This document shows, one piece after another, positions 19,256-28,582 of a stretch of 64,000 nucleotides of DNA. Below the pieces are notes generated by a model. The model had not been told where the DNA came from. It worked only from the letters and a program-made list of their open reading frames with translations, and ran no database searches. How positions within the stretch are numbered: position 1 is the first letter of the stretch; every line of letters begins with the position of its first letter. The stretch is from Flavobacteriaceae bacterium (GTDB taxonomy: Bacteria; Bacteroidota; Bacteroidia; Flavobacteriales; Flavobacteriaceae), in contig JAOZVI010000002.1 of NCBI GenBank assembly GCA_029938265.1, forward strand, positions 1,945 to 65,944, given 5' to 3'. A program made the translations under genes and the position numbers.

Positions 19256-20689
19256 ATGTCGAGTAATCATATTATAGAAGAAAAAAAACAAGGACAAGCT
19301 TTGGTTACTGAAATAAATAACAATAACAAAAAGAAGTTATTTATCGAGAGTTATGGCTGCCAGATGAATTTAAATGACAGCGAAATAGTTGCTTCAATCT
19401 TATCAAAAGAAGGATATAATACAACTCAAATTCTTGAAGAAGCCGATATGGTTTTGGTAAATACCTGCTCCATTCGTGAAAAAGCTGAGCAAACTGTTCG
19501 AAAAAGATTGCAAAAATACAACAGTGTAAAAAAAATAAATCCCGAAATGAAAATTGGTGTTTTGGGTTGCATGGCAGAACGACTTAAAAGTAAATTTTTA
19601 GAAGAAGAAAAAATGGTGAATATGGTGGTTGGCCCTGATGCCTACAGAGATCTGCCAAATTTGGTAAAAACTGTAGAAGATGGTAAAGATGCTGTAAATG
19701 TAATTCTATCAAAAGAAGAAACTTATGCCGATATTTCACCCGTAAGATTAAACAGTAATGGTGTAACTGCATTTGTTTCAATTACAAGAGGTTGTGACAA
19801 TATGTGCACATTTTGTGTTGTTCCGTTTACACGGGGAAGAGAAAGAAGTCGTGATCCTAAAAGTATTATTGATGAAGTTAAAGATCTTTGGGAAAATGGG
19901 TTTAAAGAAGTAACGCTTTTAGGCCAAAATGTTGACTCGTATCTTTGGTACGGAGGTGGTTTAAAAAAAGATTTTGATAAGGCTTCTGAAATTGCTCGTG
20001 CTACAGCTATTGATTTTGCAAAATTATTAGAATTGGTTGCTTTGGCAGAACCAAAAATGAGAATACGATTTGCTACTTCCAACCCGCAAGATATGAGTTT
20101 AGATGTCATCCGATCTATGGCAAAATATGATAATATTTGTAAATACATACATCTTCCGGTACAAACCGGTAGCACCAGAATGTTAGAAAGAATGAACAGG
20201 CAGCATACCCGTAAAGAATATTTAGAATTGATCGATAATATTAGAAATATTATACCTGATTGTGCCATTTCTCAGGATATGATCGCTGGTTTTTCAGGAG
20301 AAACAGAAGAAGATCATCAAGAAACCTTATCGCTTATGGAGCATGTTAAATACGATTTTGGATTTATGTTTGCTTATTCTGAAAGACCGGGAACCCCTGC
20401 TGCAAAAAGAATGGAAGATGATGTGCCTTTAGAAATAAAAAAAAGAAGATTGGCAGATATCATCGCATTGCAACAAAAACACGGATTATACCGAATGGAA
20501 CAATTTGTTGGAAAAACAGTTGAAGTTTTGATCGAAGGAAATTCAAAAAAATCAGATCTTCACTGGAAGGGAAGAAACTCTCAAAATGCTATGGTTGTTT
20601 TTCCAAAAGGAAATGAAAAAATCGGAGATCTTGTAAATGTTAAAGTGAATGATTGTACATCGGCCACTTTAATTGGATCTAGGCTATAG
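19256..20689 (+). CDS. miaB: tRNA-i6A37 methylthiotransferase MiaB
   Basis: UPF0004 N-terminal Cys motifs (YGCQMN, NTCSIRE). Radical SAM CDNMCTFC. C-terminal TRAM domain. Confidence 0.9.
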   Translation: MSSNHIIEEKKQGQALVTEINNNNKKKLFIESYGCQMNLNDSEIVASILSKEGYNTTQILEEADMVLVNTCSIREKAEQTVRKRLQKYNSVKKINPEMKIGVLGCMAERLKSKFLEEEKMVNMVVGPDAYRDLPNLVKTVEDGKDAVNVILSKEETYADISPVRLNSNGVTAFVSITRGCDNMCTFCVVPFTRGRERSRDPKSIIDEVKDLWENGFKEVTLLGQNVDSYLWYGGGLKKDFDKASEIARATAIDFAKLLELVALAEPKMRIRFATSNPQDMSLDVIRSMAKYDNICKYIHLPVQTGSTRMLERMNRQHTRKEYLELIDNIRNIIPDCAISQDMIAGFSGETEEDHQETLSLMEHVKYDFGFMFAYSERPGTPAAKRMEDDVPLEIKKRRLADIIALQQKHGLYRMEQFVGKTVEVLIEGNSKKSDLHWKGRNSQNAMVVFPKGNEKIGDLVNVKVNDCTSATLIGSRL

Positions 20690-20725
20690 CAAAAGGCTAT
20701 ACTTGATAAAATAAATATCGGATTT

Positions 20726-20774
20726 CCGACTTCGGACTTCCAACTTAACACTTAAAACTTAATACTTAAAACTT
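20726..20774 (+). repeat. Seven tandem heptads NNNACTT
   Basis: Read directly: ccgACTT cggACTT ccaACTT aacACTT aaaACTT aatACTT aaaACTT. The array ends 6 nt before the TTG start at 20781. Confidence 0.85.
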
Positions 20775-20780
20775 ATACTA

Positions 20781-22019
20781 TTGGAATCACTACAAACCAT
20801 CAAACAAAGATTTGGAATTATAGGTAACAGTCCGCATTTAAACATTGCATTAGAAAAAGCGATCAGAGTTGCACCGACTGATATTTCGGTATTGGTTACT
20901 GGTGAAAGTGGTGTTGGTAAAGAAAATATCCCAAAAATAATTCATCAATTATCACACAGAAAACACAATAAATATATTGCTGTTAACTGTGGAGCTATTC
21001 CTGAAGGAACAATTGACAGTGAACTTTTTGGTCATGAAAAAGGTTCATTTACCGGCGCTACTCAAAGCCGAAAAGGTTATTTTGAAGTTACCGATGGTGG
21101 TACAATTTTTTTAGATGAAGTTGGGGAATTACCTCTTTCAACTCAAGTGCGTTTGTTGCGAGTTTTAGAAACCGGAGAATTTATAAAAGTTGGGTCCTCT
21201 AAAGTCCAAAAAACCGATGTAAGAATTGTTGCCGCTACTAATATCAATATGCTTGATGCCATTCAAAAAGGAAAATTCAGAGAAGATCTTTATTATAGGT
21301 TAAGTACAGTAGAGATCTACATACCGCCTCTAAGAGAACGTCAGGAAGATATACATTTATTATTCAGAAAATTTGCATCAGATTTTGCCTTAAAATACAA
21401 AATGCCTACTTTAAGATTAGATGAAAAAGGTATAGAGACTTTGAAAAATTTTCCCTGGAAAGGTAATATCCGTCAATTAAAAAATATTACCGAACAAATT
21501 TCAGTAATTGAACAAAACCGTAATCTAAATAATGAAGTCTTAAAATCATACTTACCTGATGTTAGCCATAATCTACCTGCTTTGATAAAAGATAGTGTTT
21601 CGTCAAGTGATTTTGCAAATGAACGTGAAATATTATACAAAGTTTTATTTGATATGCGAAATGACATCAATGATCTTAAAAAATTAACTCAAGACCTGAT
21701 CAAAGGTGGTGATAAAAGGCAAACTACAGAAAACACTCAATTAATAATTGATAAATTATACGAAGAACAAGATAGTATTAGAAATAACGAACTGGAAATA
21801 ATTGCGCCAAATCAAAATGAAACTTTTAATAGTCCACCACAAGTAGCTGATTATGAAGATGCCGAAACTGTAGAAGCCACTATTTCTTTACAAGAAAAAG
21901 AATACGAAATGATTAAAAAATCATTAGAACGTAATAAAGGCAAACGCAAATTAGCAGCTAAGGAATTAGGGATCTCTGAAAGAACATTATACAGAAAAAT
22001 AAAACAATATGATTTGTAA
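20781..22019 (+). CDS. Sigma-54-dependent transcriptional activator (AAA+ domain plus C-terminal Fis-type HTH, no N-terminal receiver or sensor domain)
   Basis: Walker A GESGVGKE. GAFTGA-like loop GSFTGA. ELGISERTLYRKIKQY HTH. TTG start. The AAA+ domain begins about 10 residues from the N-terminus. Confidence 0.85.
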   Translation: MESLQTIKQRFGIIGNSPHLNIALEKAIRVAPTDISVLVTGESGVGKENIPKIIHQLSHRKHNKYIAVNCGAIPEGTIDSELFGHEKGSFTGATQSRKGYFEVTDGGTIFLDEVGELPLSTQVRLLRVLETGEFIKVGSSKVQKTDVRIVAATNINMLDAIQKGKFREDLYYRLSTVEIYIPPLRERQEDIHLLFRKFASDFALKYKMPTLRLDEKGIETLKNFPWKGNIRQLKNITEQISVIEQNRNLNNEVLKSYLPDVSHNLPALIKDSVSSSDFANEREILYKVLFDMRNDINDLKKLTQDLIKGGDKRQTTENTQLIIDKLYEEQDSIRNNELEIIAPNQNETFNSPPQVADYEDAETVEATISLQEKEYEMIKKSLERNKGKRKLAAKELGISERTLYRKIKQYDL

Positions 22020-22084
22020 TTCTAATTGTTTCATTGTTAATTTGTTTATTATTATTACATAATTAATTTTTTAATTCTTATAAT

Positions 22085-22588
22085 TTGAAAAAATATTTTT
22101 ACATTTTTACTTTTATTGCTTTAATTTTATCACAAAGTTGCGGTGTTTATTCTTTCACAGGAGGAAGTACAGGTAATGCTGAAACAATTCAAATTAATTA
22201 TTTTCCTAACAACGCAAGGCAGGTAGAACCTTCTTTAAGTCAAAAATTTACAATAGCCTTACAAGATCGATTCTTAAGGCAAACCAATTTAAAACTAACA
22301 AATTCGGGTGGCGATTTACTTTTTGAAGGTGAAATAACACAATATAGAATAATTCCTATTGCAGCAACAGCACAACAAACGGCAGCCCAAAATCGCCTGA
22401 CCATCGCAGTTAGAGTTAATTTTTACAATAGGTTAGTTGAAGAAGATAATTTTGAGCAAACTTTTTCTTTTTATAGTGATTATGATGCAAATTTACAATT
22501 AACAGGAAGCGTCCTTGAAAATGCATATTTTGAAATTTTTGAGAGACTTACACAAGACATTTACAATGCATCAGTCGCAAAATGGTAA
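22085..22588 (+). CDS. lptE: LptE-like LPS-assembly lipoprotein
   Basis: Lipobox LILSQSCG. Size and conserved position next to the sigma-54 activator and secG, as in other Flavobacteriia (recollection). TTG start. Confidence 0.55.
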   Translation: MKKYFYIFTFIALILSQSCGVYSFTGGSTGNAETIQINYFPNNARQVEPSLSQKFTIALQDRFLRQTNLKLTNSGGDLLFEGEITQYRIIPIAATAQQTAAQNRLTIAVRVNFYNRLVEEDNFEQTFSFYSDYDANLQLTGSVLENAYFEIFERLTQDIYNASVAKW

Positions 22589-22613
22589 ATATATTTTATA
22601 AATAAGCTTTTAA

Positions 22614-23366
22614 ATGAATCTGATAGAATTTTCTGAAATATTAAAACATCCAAATCTAATTTCAAAAGAGGAAAATGAATCTATTGAAAGTATCATTAAA
22701 GAGTTTCCTTATTTTCAAGCTGCCAAAGTGATTTACTTGAGTAGTTTAAATAAACAACATAGTTTTAAATACAATAATTTTTTAAAAAAAACAGCTGCAT
22801 ACACGACAGATAGGAGTATCCTATTTGATTTTATTACTACTGAAGAATTTGAGATTGTAAATTTTATTTCTAAAGACAATGATAATTTAAAAGAAATTGA
22901 AATTATTGATCATGAAATTATTGAAAAAACTAAAGATCGGCCCAAAGCAACTGACAATATCACACTTCCAATAGGTAAACCTTTTCAGTTTAAAACCAAA
23001 GACACTTTTTCATTTAATGAATGGCTAAAATTAACAAGTGTTAATCCTATAGAAAGGGGAGCTACAAAAAGTCTGATACAAGAAATAAAGCCAGATAAAC
23101 ATTCCAATCTCATTGAAAAATTTATTGCTTCAAATCCGAAAATAAAACCTGTCAAAGTAGATGAGAAATCAAACTTTGCTTATGAAAGTATTTTAGAAAA
23201 TGAAAGTTTGATGACGGAAACCCTGGCACATGTTTATTTAGAACAAAAAAAATATGAAAAAGCAATAACAGCTTTTAATATTTTAAGTTTGAAATATCCG
23301 GAAAAAAGTAGTTTCTTTGCAAACCAAATTATTGAAATAAAAAGAATACAACAAAATAAATCCTAA
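22614..23366 (+). CDS. Hypothetical protein with a TPR-like C-terminus
   Basis: Uninterrupted ORF in a conserved position. C-terminal LAHVYLEQKKYEKAITAFNILSLKYPEK resembles a TPR unit. Confidence 0.5.
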   Translation: MNLIEFSEILKHPNLISKEENESIESIIKEFPYFQAAKVIYLSSLNKQHSFKYNNFLKKTAAYTTDRSILFDFITTEEFEIVNFISKDNDNLKEIEIIDHEIIEKTKDRPKATDNITLPIGKPFQFKTKDTFSFNEWLKLTSVNPIERGATKSLIQEIKPDKHSNLIEKFIASNPKIKPVKVDEKSNFAYESILENESLMTETLAHVYLEQKKYEKAITAFNILSLKYPEKSSFFANQIIEIKRIQQNKS

Positions 23367-23369
23367 ATT

Positions 23370-23714
23370 ATGTCATATACATTATTTTTAATATTGATTT
23401 TTATTGTAGCGATATTGCTAATCTTGATCATCATGGTTCAAAATCCAAAAGGAGGAGGTTTATCTTCATCATTTGGTGGTAGTGCACAAAACATGGGCGG
23501 CGTTCAAAATACTACTGATTTTTTGGATAAAAGTACATGGACACTTGCAACTATTTTACTGGCTTTGATATTACTATCAAATTTTGCCATTCCAAGAAAC
23601 TACGCAGCAGATACAAAATCTGAAACTGAAAATATCGTAAATGAAAGAGATGCTACTTTTGACACACCACCAGCAACTTTAGACACTTCATCTCCTTCTG
23701 ACAGCGCAAATTAA
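23370..23714 (+). CDS. secG: Preprotein translocase subunit SecG
   Basis: LLILIIMVQNPKGGGLSSSFGG hallmark and a second transmembrane helix. Confidence 0.8.
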   Translation: MSYTLFLILIFIVAILLILIIMVQNPKGGGLSSSFGGSAQNMGGVQNTTDFLDKSTWTLATILLALILLSNFAIPRNYAADTKSETENIVNERDATFDTPPATLDTSSPSDSAN

Positions 23715-23737
23715 TCAACAACAAATATTTAATTAAA

Positions 23738-23770
23738 ATGCCAACGTAATGACACGTTGGCATTTTTTTT
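23738..23770 (+). terminator. Rho-independent terminator after secG
   Basis: 10-bp stem ATGCCAACGT / ACGTTGGCAT, 6-nt loop, T8 run. Confidence 0.75.
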
Positions 23771-23794
23771 AAAATTTTGTCAGCTATTTAAGAA

Positions 23795-23810
23795 TGGCAA
23801 AATATTTGCT
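23795..23810 (+). promoter_or_regulatory. Candidate sigma-54 (-24/-12) promoter upstream of groES. It could instead be part of a sigma-A -7 box.
   Basis: TGGCAA-AATAT-TTGCT against the consensus TGGCAC-N5-TTGCW. GG-to-GC spacing is exactly canonical. The motif lies 35 nt upstream of the groES ATG. Confidence 0.3.
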
Positions 23811-23844
23811 TATTTCATTACTCAATAACATAAAACTATAACAA

Positions 23845-24123
23845 ATGAACAAAATTAATATCACACCTCTTGCAGACAGGGTTGTAATTGAACCTACTAT
23901 AGCTGAAACTCAAACAGCATCAGGTCTTTATATTCCTGATTCAGCAAAAGAAAAACCTCAGCATGGCAAAGTAGTTGCAGTTGGGAAAGGAACACAAGAT
24001 CAACCTACAACTGTAAAGGTTGGCGATACTGTTCTATATGGTAAATTCGCAGGTACCGAGTTAAAATTTGACGGTATCGATTATCTTATTATGAACGAGA
24101 GTGAAATCTTGGCAATAATATAA
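23845..24123 (+). CDS. groES: Co-chaperonin GroES
   Basis: [12 protein letters not shown]...[21 protein letters not shown], 92 aa. Confidence 0.95.
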   Translation: MNKINITPLADRVVIEPTIAETQTASGLYIPDSAKEKPQHGKVVAVGKGTQDQPTTVKVGDTVLYGKFAGTELKFDGIDYLIMNESEILAII

Positions 24124-24174
24124 GACAATCAAAAAAATAAGAAAAATAAAATATAAACTATAAAAATTTAAATT

Positions 24175-25812
24175 ATGGCAAAAGATATAATTTTTGATAT
24201 TGAATCACGTGATGGATTAAAACGTGGCGTTGATGCATTAGCAAATGCTGTTAAAGTAACACTGGGTCCAAAAGGAAGAAACGTAGTTATTGGTAAAGCC
24301 TTTGGCGGACCACAAATTACAAAAGATGGTGTTTCGGTTGCAAAAGAAATTGAATTAGAAGATCCATTAGAAAACATGGGTGCTCAAATGGTAAAAGAAG
24401 TAGCTTCAAAAACAAGTGATCTTGCCGGTGACGGAACAACTACTGCCACTGTTTTAGCTCAGGCGATTGTAAAAGAAGGATTAAAAAATGTAGCTGCCGG
24501 AGCAAATCCATTAGACTTAAAAAGAGGAATCGACAAAGCCGTTTCAGCTATAATAACCGATTTGAATAAACAATCACAAGTTGTAGGAAGTAAAATTGAT
24601 AAAATCAAACAAGTTGCAACCGTATCAGCAAATAATGATACATCTGTTGGAGACCTAATATCTCAGGCTTTCAATAAAGTTGGAAAAGAAGGTGTTATTA
24701 CCGTTGAAGAGGCCAAAGGAACTGAAACTTATGTTGATATCGTTGAAGGTATGCAATTTGACAGAGGGTATTTATCTCCTTATTTTATAACTGATTCTGA
24801 AAAAATGATCACTGATCTTGAATCACCTTATATTTTGCTTTATGATAAAAAGATCTCTACTATGAAAGATCTGTTACCGTTATTAGAACCTGTTGCTCAA
24901 ACTGGCAAACCTCTTTTAATTATTGCGGAAGATGTTGATGGTGAAGCATTAGCAACTTTAGTAGTAAATAAATTAAGGGGTTCTTTAAAAATTGCTGCTG
25001 TTAAAGCTCCAGGTTTTGGTGATAGAAGAAAAGCAATGCTTGAAGATGTAGCAATCTTAACAGGTGGTACTGTGATTTCAGAAGAAAGAGGATTTACTTT
25101 AGAAAATGCCACTATAGATATGTTAGGAACTGCCGAAAGAATTACCATTGACAAAGACAATACAACTATTGTAAATGGCGCTGGTAAAAATGAAGACATC
25201 AAAGGTAGGGTTAAGCAAATAAAATCTCAAATTGAAACTACTACATCTGATTACGATAAAGAAAAACTACAAGAACGTCTGGCTAAATTAGCTGGAGGTG
25301 TTGCTGTCTTATATGTTGGTGCAGCTAGTGAAGTTGAAATGAAAGAGAAAAAAGATAGAGTTGAAGATGCTTTACACGCAACTCGTGCTGCCGTTGAAGA
25401 AGGAATTGTAGCCGGTGGTGGTGTGGCTTTGATAAGAACAAAAAATTCTTTAGAGAAATTGACCTCAGATAACTTAGACGAATTGACAGGAATTCAAATT
25501 GTATCGAGAGCAGTTGAAGAACCATTACGTCAAATTGTTGAAAATGCGGGTCATGAAGGTTCGGTTGTTGCTTCTAAAGTATTAGAAGGAAAAAAAGATT
25601 TTGGTTTTGATGCAAAATCTGGTGAATACACAAACCTTTTAAAAGCTGGTATTATCGATCCTAAAAAAGTTACAAGAATCGCAATGGAAAATGCGGCTTC
25701 TGTAGCAGGAATGATCTTAACTACCGAGTGTGCTTTGGTTGATATTAAAGAAGATACTCCAATGCCTCCAATGCCTCCAATGGGTGGTGGTGGAATGCCG
25801 GGCATGATGTAA
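24175..25812 (+). CDS. groEL: Chaperonin GroEL
   Basis: MAKDIIFD...[12 protein letters not shown]...GGGMPGMM C-terminal tail. Confidence 0.97.
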   Translation: MAKDIIFDIESRDGLKRGVDALANAVKVTLGPKGRNVVIGKAFGGPQITKDGVSVAKEIELEDPLENMGAQMVKEVASKTSDLAGDGTTTATVLAQAIVKEGLKNVAAGANPLDLKRGIDKAVSAIITDLNKQSQVVGSKIDKIKQVATVSANNDTSVGDLISQAFNKVGKEGVITVEEAKGTETYVDIVEGMQFDRGYLSPYFITDSEKMITDLESPYILLYDKKISTMKDLLPLLEPVAQTGKPLLIIAEDVDGEALATLVVNKLRGSLKIAAVKAPGFGDRRKAMLEDVAILTGGTVISEERGFTLENATIDMLGTAERITIDKDNTTIVNGAGKNEDIKGRVKQIKSQIETTTSDYDKEKLQERLAKLAGGVAVLYVGAASEVEMKEKKDRVEDALHATRAAVEEGIVAGGGVALIRTKNSLEKLTSDNLDELTGIQIVSRAVEEPLRQIVENAGHEGSVVASKVLEGKKDFGFDAKSGEYTNLLKAGIIDPKKVTRIAMENAASVAGMILTTECALVDIKEDTPMPPMPPMGGGGMPGMM

Positions 25813-25860
25813 TCATATAAATCCCCGTGGGTTTTTGATAATTATCATTGTAAAAAAATT

Positions 25861-25892
25861 AAAGCCGCTTTGAAAATTCAAAGCGGCTTTTT
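25861..25892 (+). terminator. Rho-independent terminator after groEL
   Basis: 13-bp stem AAAGCCGCTTTGA / TCAAAGCGGCTTT, 4-nt loop, T-run. Confidence 0.8.
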
Positions 25893-25947
25893 CTATAATT
25901 TATTATTTTTTTATTGACTTAGACAATAGGTTTATAGTTTTCTTGCA

Positions 25948-26616
25948 TTAAGTAGTTAAAGCATCAATAAGAAATTTTTTTAATGGTAAAGCAGCATTAT
26001 TATATTCTAATATAATATCTATCAGATCATCACCTGTAATTTTATTTGGAGATAAATTTGCTAAGTGATACCATTGCTTGTTAAATAAAAGCGGTTGATC
26101 TTTAGCTGATTCTAAAAATTCTTTGGATAATCTTTTATGTTTATTTCCTTGAATTTCACCAAACTTTTGTTTAAAATCTTTGTTTAAAATTATTTTTGAA
26201 AATACTTCAGTATTGCCTACAATATGCTGGCGAATTTTTTGAACTTGTTTCGTGTCAGGCATATAAACACCTCCATAAATACCTAATTTTTCTGGGCCCA
26301 ACTCTATGTATAAACCGGGATAACTTTTATCTTTTCTACCTGTTTTTGAAATAATTGCTGAATTATTTAATTTGTAGGGTGTCTTATCTTTTGAAAAACG
26401 AATATCACGATTAATTCTAAAAATGGCTTCTTTTGGTTCTATCTGAACTTCAGGATCTTGTTTTGAAACTTCATCGATCAAATCAGAAATGAAAATTTTA
26501 AAAGGCTCCCTTACAGTATTTTCATAACGCTTACGGTTTTTATCAAACCAATCTTTGTTGTTATTTGATGCTAATTCTTTAAAAAAATTCAAGTAATCTT
26601 TGGTAAAATATTTCAT
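25948..26616 (-). CDS. DUF2461 (TIGR02453) family protein
   Basis: FFKELASNNNKDWFDKNRKRYE...RINRDIRFSKDKTPYK pattern typical of the family. Confidence 0.7.
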   Translation of the reverse strand: MKYFTKDYLNFFKELASNNNKDWFDKNRKRYENTVREPFKIFISDLIDEVSKQDPEVQIEPKEAIFRINRDIRFSKDKTPYKLNNSAIISKTGRKDKSYPGLYIELGPEKLGIYGGVYMPDTKQVQKIRQHIVGNTEVFSKIILNKDFKQKFGEIQGNKHKRLSKEFLESAKDQPLLFNKQWYHLANLSPNKITGDDLIDIILEYNNAALPLKKFLIDALTT

Positions 26617-26749
26617 TCTTAGATCTTTATATTTCCAAAACTACAAAAATTCAGAAGAATGAAAAATATACATTCAATTCATCCAGATTTAAAAAACCAA
26701 AAAGACATTATTTTCCCCTAATTATCTCAATATCAATGCCGATATATTT

Positions 26750-28582
26750 TTATTTAAATGTGTATTTTAAACTAAACATCACATTTCTCCCGGGCATAGG
26801 CACTAAATTTGTTTCAGTGTATTCTGCATTAAAAATATTATTTAAAATTGTAGCAAATTCTATATCTTTATAATTAGCAGTTAATTTTACGTCAAAAATA
26901 TTATAACTTGAACCATCAGGTCTTTCTACAAATCTATAAGTAATATTTTGACGTAAGAATGAAACAAATTGTGAATCATATCCTGCAATTACCTGATGCT
27001 TAATAGTATTTAACGAATATCTAGAAAAATTAAAATCACTATCAATCATATCATCTTTTAAAAAAGTATAAGCCAGATTAACGTATTGAGAAAAATTCTT
27101 TGTTTTAAACTTATACTTTATAGAAGTTTCAATTCCTGTTGTATTAACTTTTTGAATATTTTCAGCTTGCCATTTATCCTCCTCTTTTTCTTTAACATAA
27201 TCGATCAGATCATCAGAAGATCTATAAAATACATTTAATTCTCCTGACAATTTATTATCGTTAAACTTTATTCCTAATTCTTGTGCTAATGCACTCTCAG
27301 CTTTTAAATTCTCATTTCCTATTGTAGTTGGGCTACTGTAATACTGATCGGTATAAGTTGGGATTCGATAAGTATATCCAATATTGCCATAGAGTTTAAA
27401 ATTATTATTAATTTGATAACCCAGATCTATTCCTGGAAAGGCGTGAAATTTAAAATCAGAGTAATAAGAAAAAGCTATTCCTGGAGTTATATCAAATTTT
27501 TCATTAAAAAAAACAAACCTATGTTCAATAAAACTCGTAAACATCAATCTGTTATGATCTCCCAGATTATTACTGGTTATAAATACTTCTGCCAGATCAA
27601 CTCCAATTCCTGTTTTTCCAAATTTTGAATCACAAGACAGATCTAATGCAACACCAACTTTATTTGTAATGTGTAAGTTTCTGTAAATCTCTGGTTTACC
27701 TCTAACAAATTCATACATATCTTGTCCCCTTTTCCAATAGATCTTAGGTCTATAAACAAAGTTGTTTTTTGAAACATTAGATGAAATGCCAACTAAACTT
27801 GACTGAGTTTCTTCATATTGATCTTTAAAATCAGGACTGGCATAAAATCCATTAGCACCGAATTTACGCTCTAAAAAAGTAGCAATTATATCAATTGGAT
27901 TTCGCTGTGTATTGAACCTGCTTTTAACAAATATATTTTGATTTTTAAAATCGGTATTATACCTGTAGCCATTTGATGCATTTCGAGAATAATGAACTTG
28001 GTGTGATGAATTATTTTGATTTAAAGTCCCTGTTAATTCTACTGCATTTTGATCAAATGAACCGTATGCGATCTTACCTGTTAAAACATTTTGAACTTTA
28101 GTTTTTGTAACAATATTAATTGCACCCGTAAAAGCATTTTGACCAAATATTCTAGCTGCCGGACCTTTGATTATTTCAATTCGCTCAATGTTTTCTAATG
28201 GAATCATCATATTCATGGTGTGATGTCCGGTTTGAGGATTCTCAGTTTTAAAACCGTCAACTAAAACCAAGGTCTGATCAAAACTACCTCCGCGAATATA
28301 CAAGTCCGATTGCATCCCATCCACACCTCTTCTTCTTATATCAACACCGCTGATATGCTGCAATAAGTCAGCTAAATTCGACGCTGTACTATTTTGTATT
28401 TCATCTGGTGTAATAATTTGAATTGTTCTGGAATTTTGACTTAAAAATAGATCGATCCTACTCGATTTAACAATAATCTCATTTAAATTTTCAACTTTTG
28501 TTTCTTGCGAAAAAACCATATTAAAACTAAAAAGAATCACTAACCATTGAACAGTTACTGGTATTATTCGATTTTTACCCAT
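26750..28582 (-). CDS. TonB-dependent receptor (small, about 610 aa)
   Basis: Start moved to the ATG at 28582, giving MGKNRIIPVTVQWLVILFSFNMVFSQ (signal peptide). Plug-domain motifs (DIRRRG, LVLVDG). The C-terminal ...SLKYTFK ends in an aromatic residue near the terminus. Confidence 0.85.
   Translation of the reverse strand: MGKNRIIPVTVQWLVILFSFNMVFSQETKVENLNEIIVKSSRIDLFLSQNSRTIQIITPDEIQNSTASNLADLLQHISGVDIRRRGVDGMQSDLYIRGGSFDQTLVLVDGFKTENPQTGHHTMNMMIPLENIERIEIIKGPAARIFGQNAFTGAINIVTKTKVQNVLTGKIAYGSFDQNAVELTGTLNQNNSSHQVHYSRNASNGYRYNTDFKNQNIFVKSRFNTQRNPIDIIATFLERKFGANGFYASPDFKDQYEETQSSLVGISSNVSKNNFVYRPKIYWKRGQDMYEFVRGKPEIYRNLHITNKVGVALDLSCDSKFGKTGIGVDLAEVFITSNNLGDHNRLMFTSFIEHRFVFFNEKFDITPGIAFSYYSDFKFHAFPGIDLGYQINNNFKLYGNIGYTYRIPTYTDQYYSSPTTIGNENLKAESALAQELGIKFNDNKLSGELNVFYRSSDDLIDYVKEKEEDKWQAENIQKVNTTGIETSIKYKFKTKNFSQYVNLAYTFLKDDMIDSDFNFSRYSLNTIKHQVIAGYDSQFVSFLRQNITYRFVERPDGSSYNIFDVKLTANYKDIEFATILNNIFNAEYTETNLVPMPGRNVMFSLKYTFK

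Noticed and set aside
23771-23844. CIRCE (HrcA) operator upstream of groES
   Set aside because: I looked for TTAGCACTC-N9-GAGTGCTAA or a close variant and found none in the groES leader.
25741-25812. Short tandem repeat CCAATGCCT x2 plus a GGT run at the groEL 3' end
   Set aside because: It encodes the normal Gly/Met-rich GroEL C-terminal tail ([16 protein letters not shown]) and is not an independent repeat feature.
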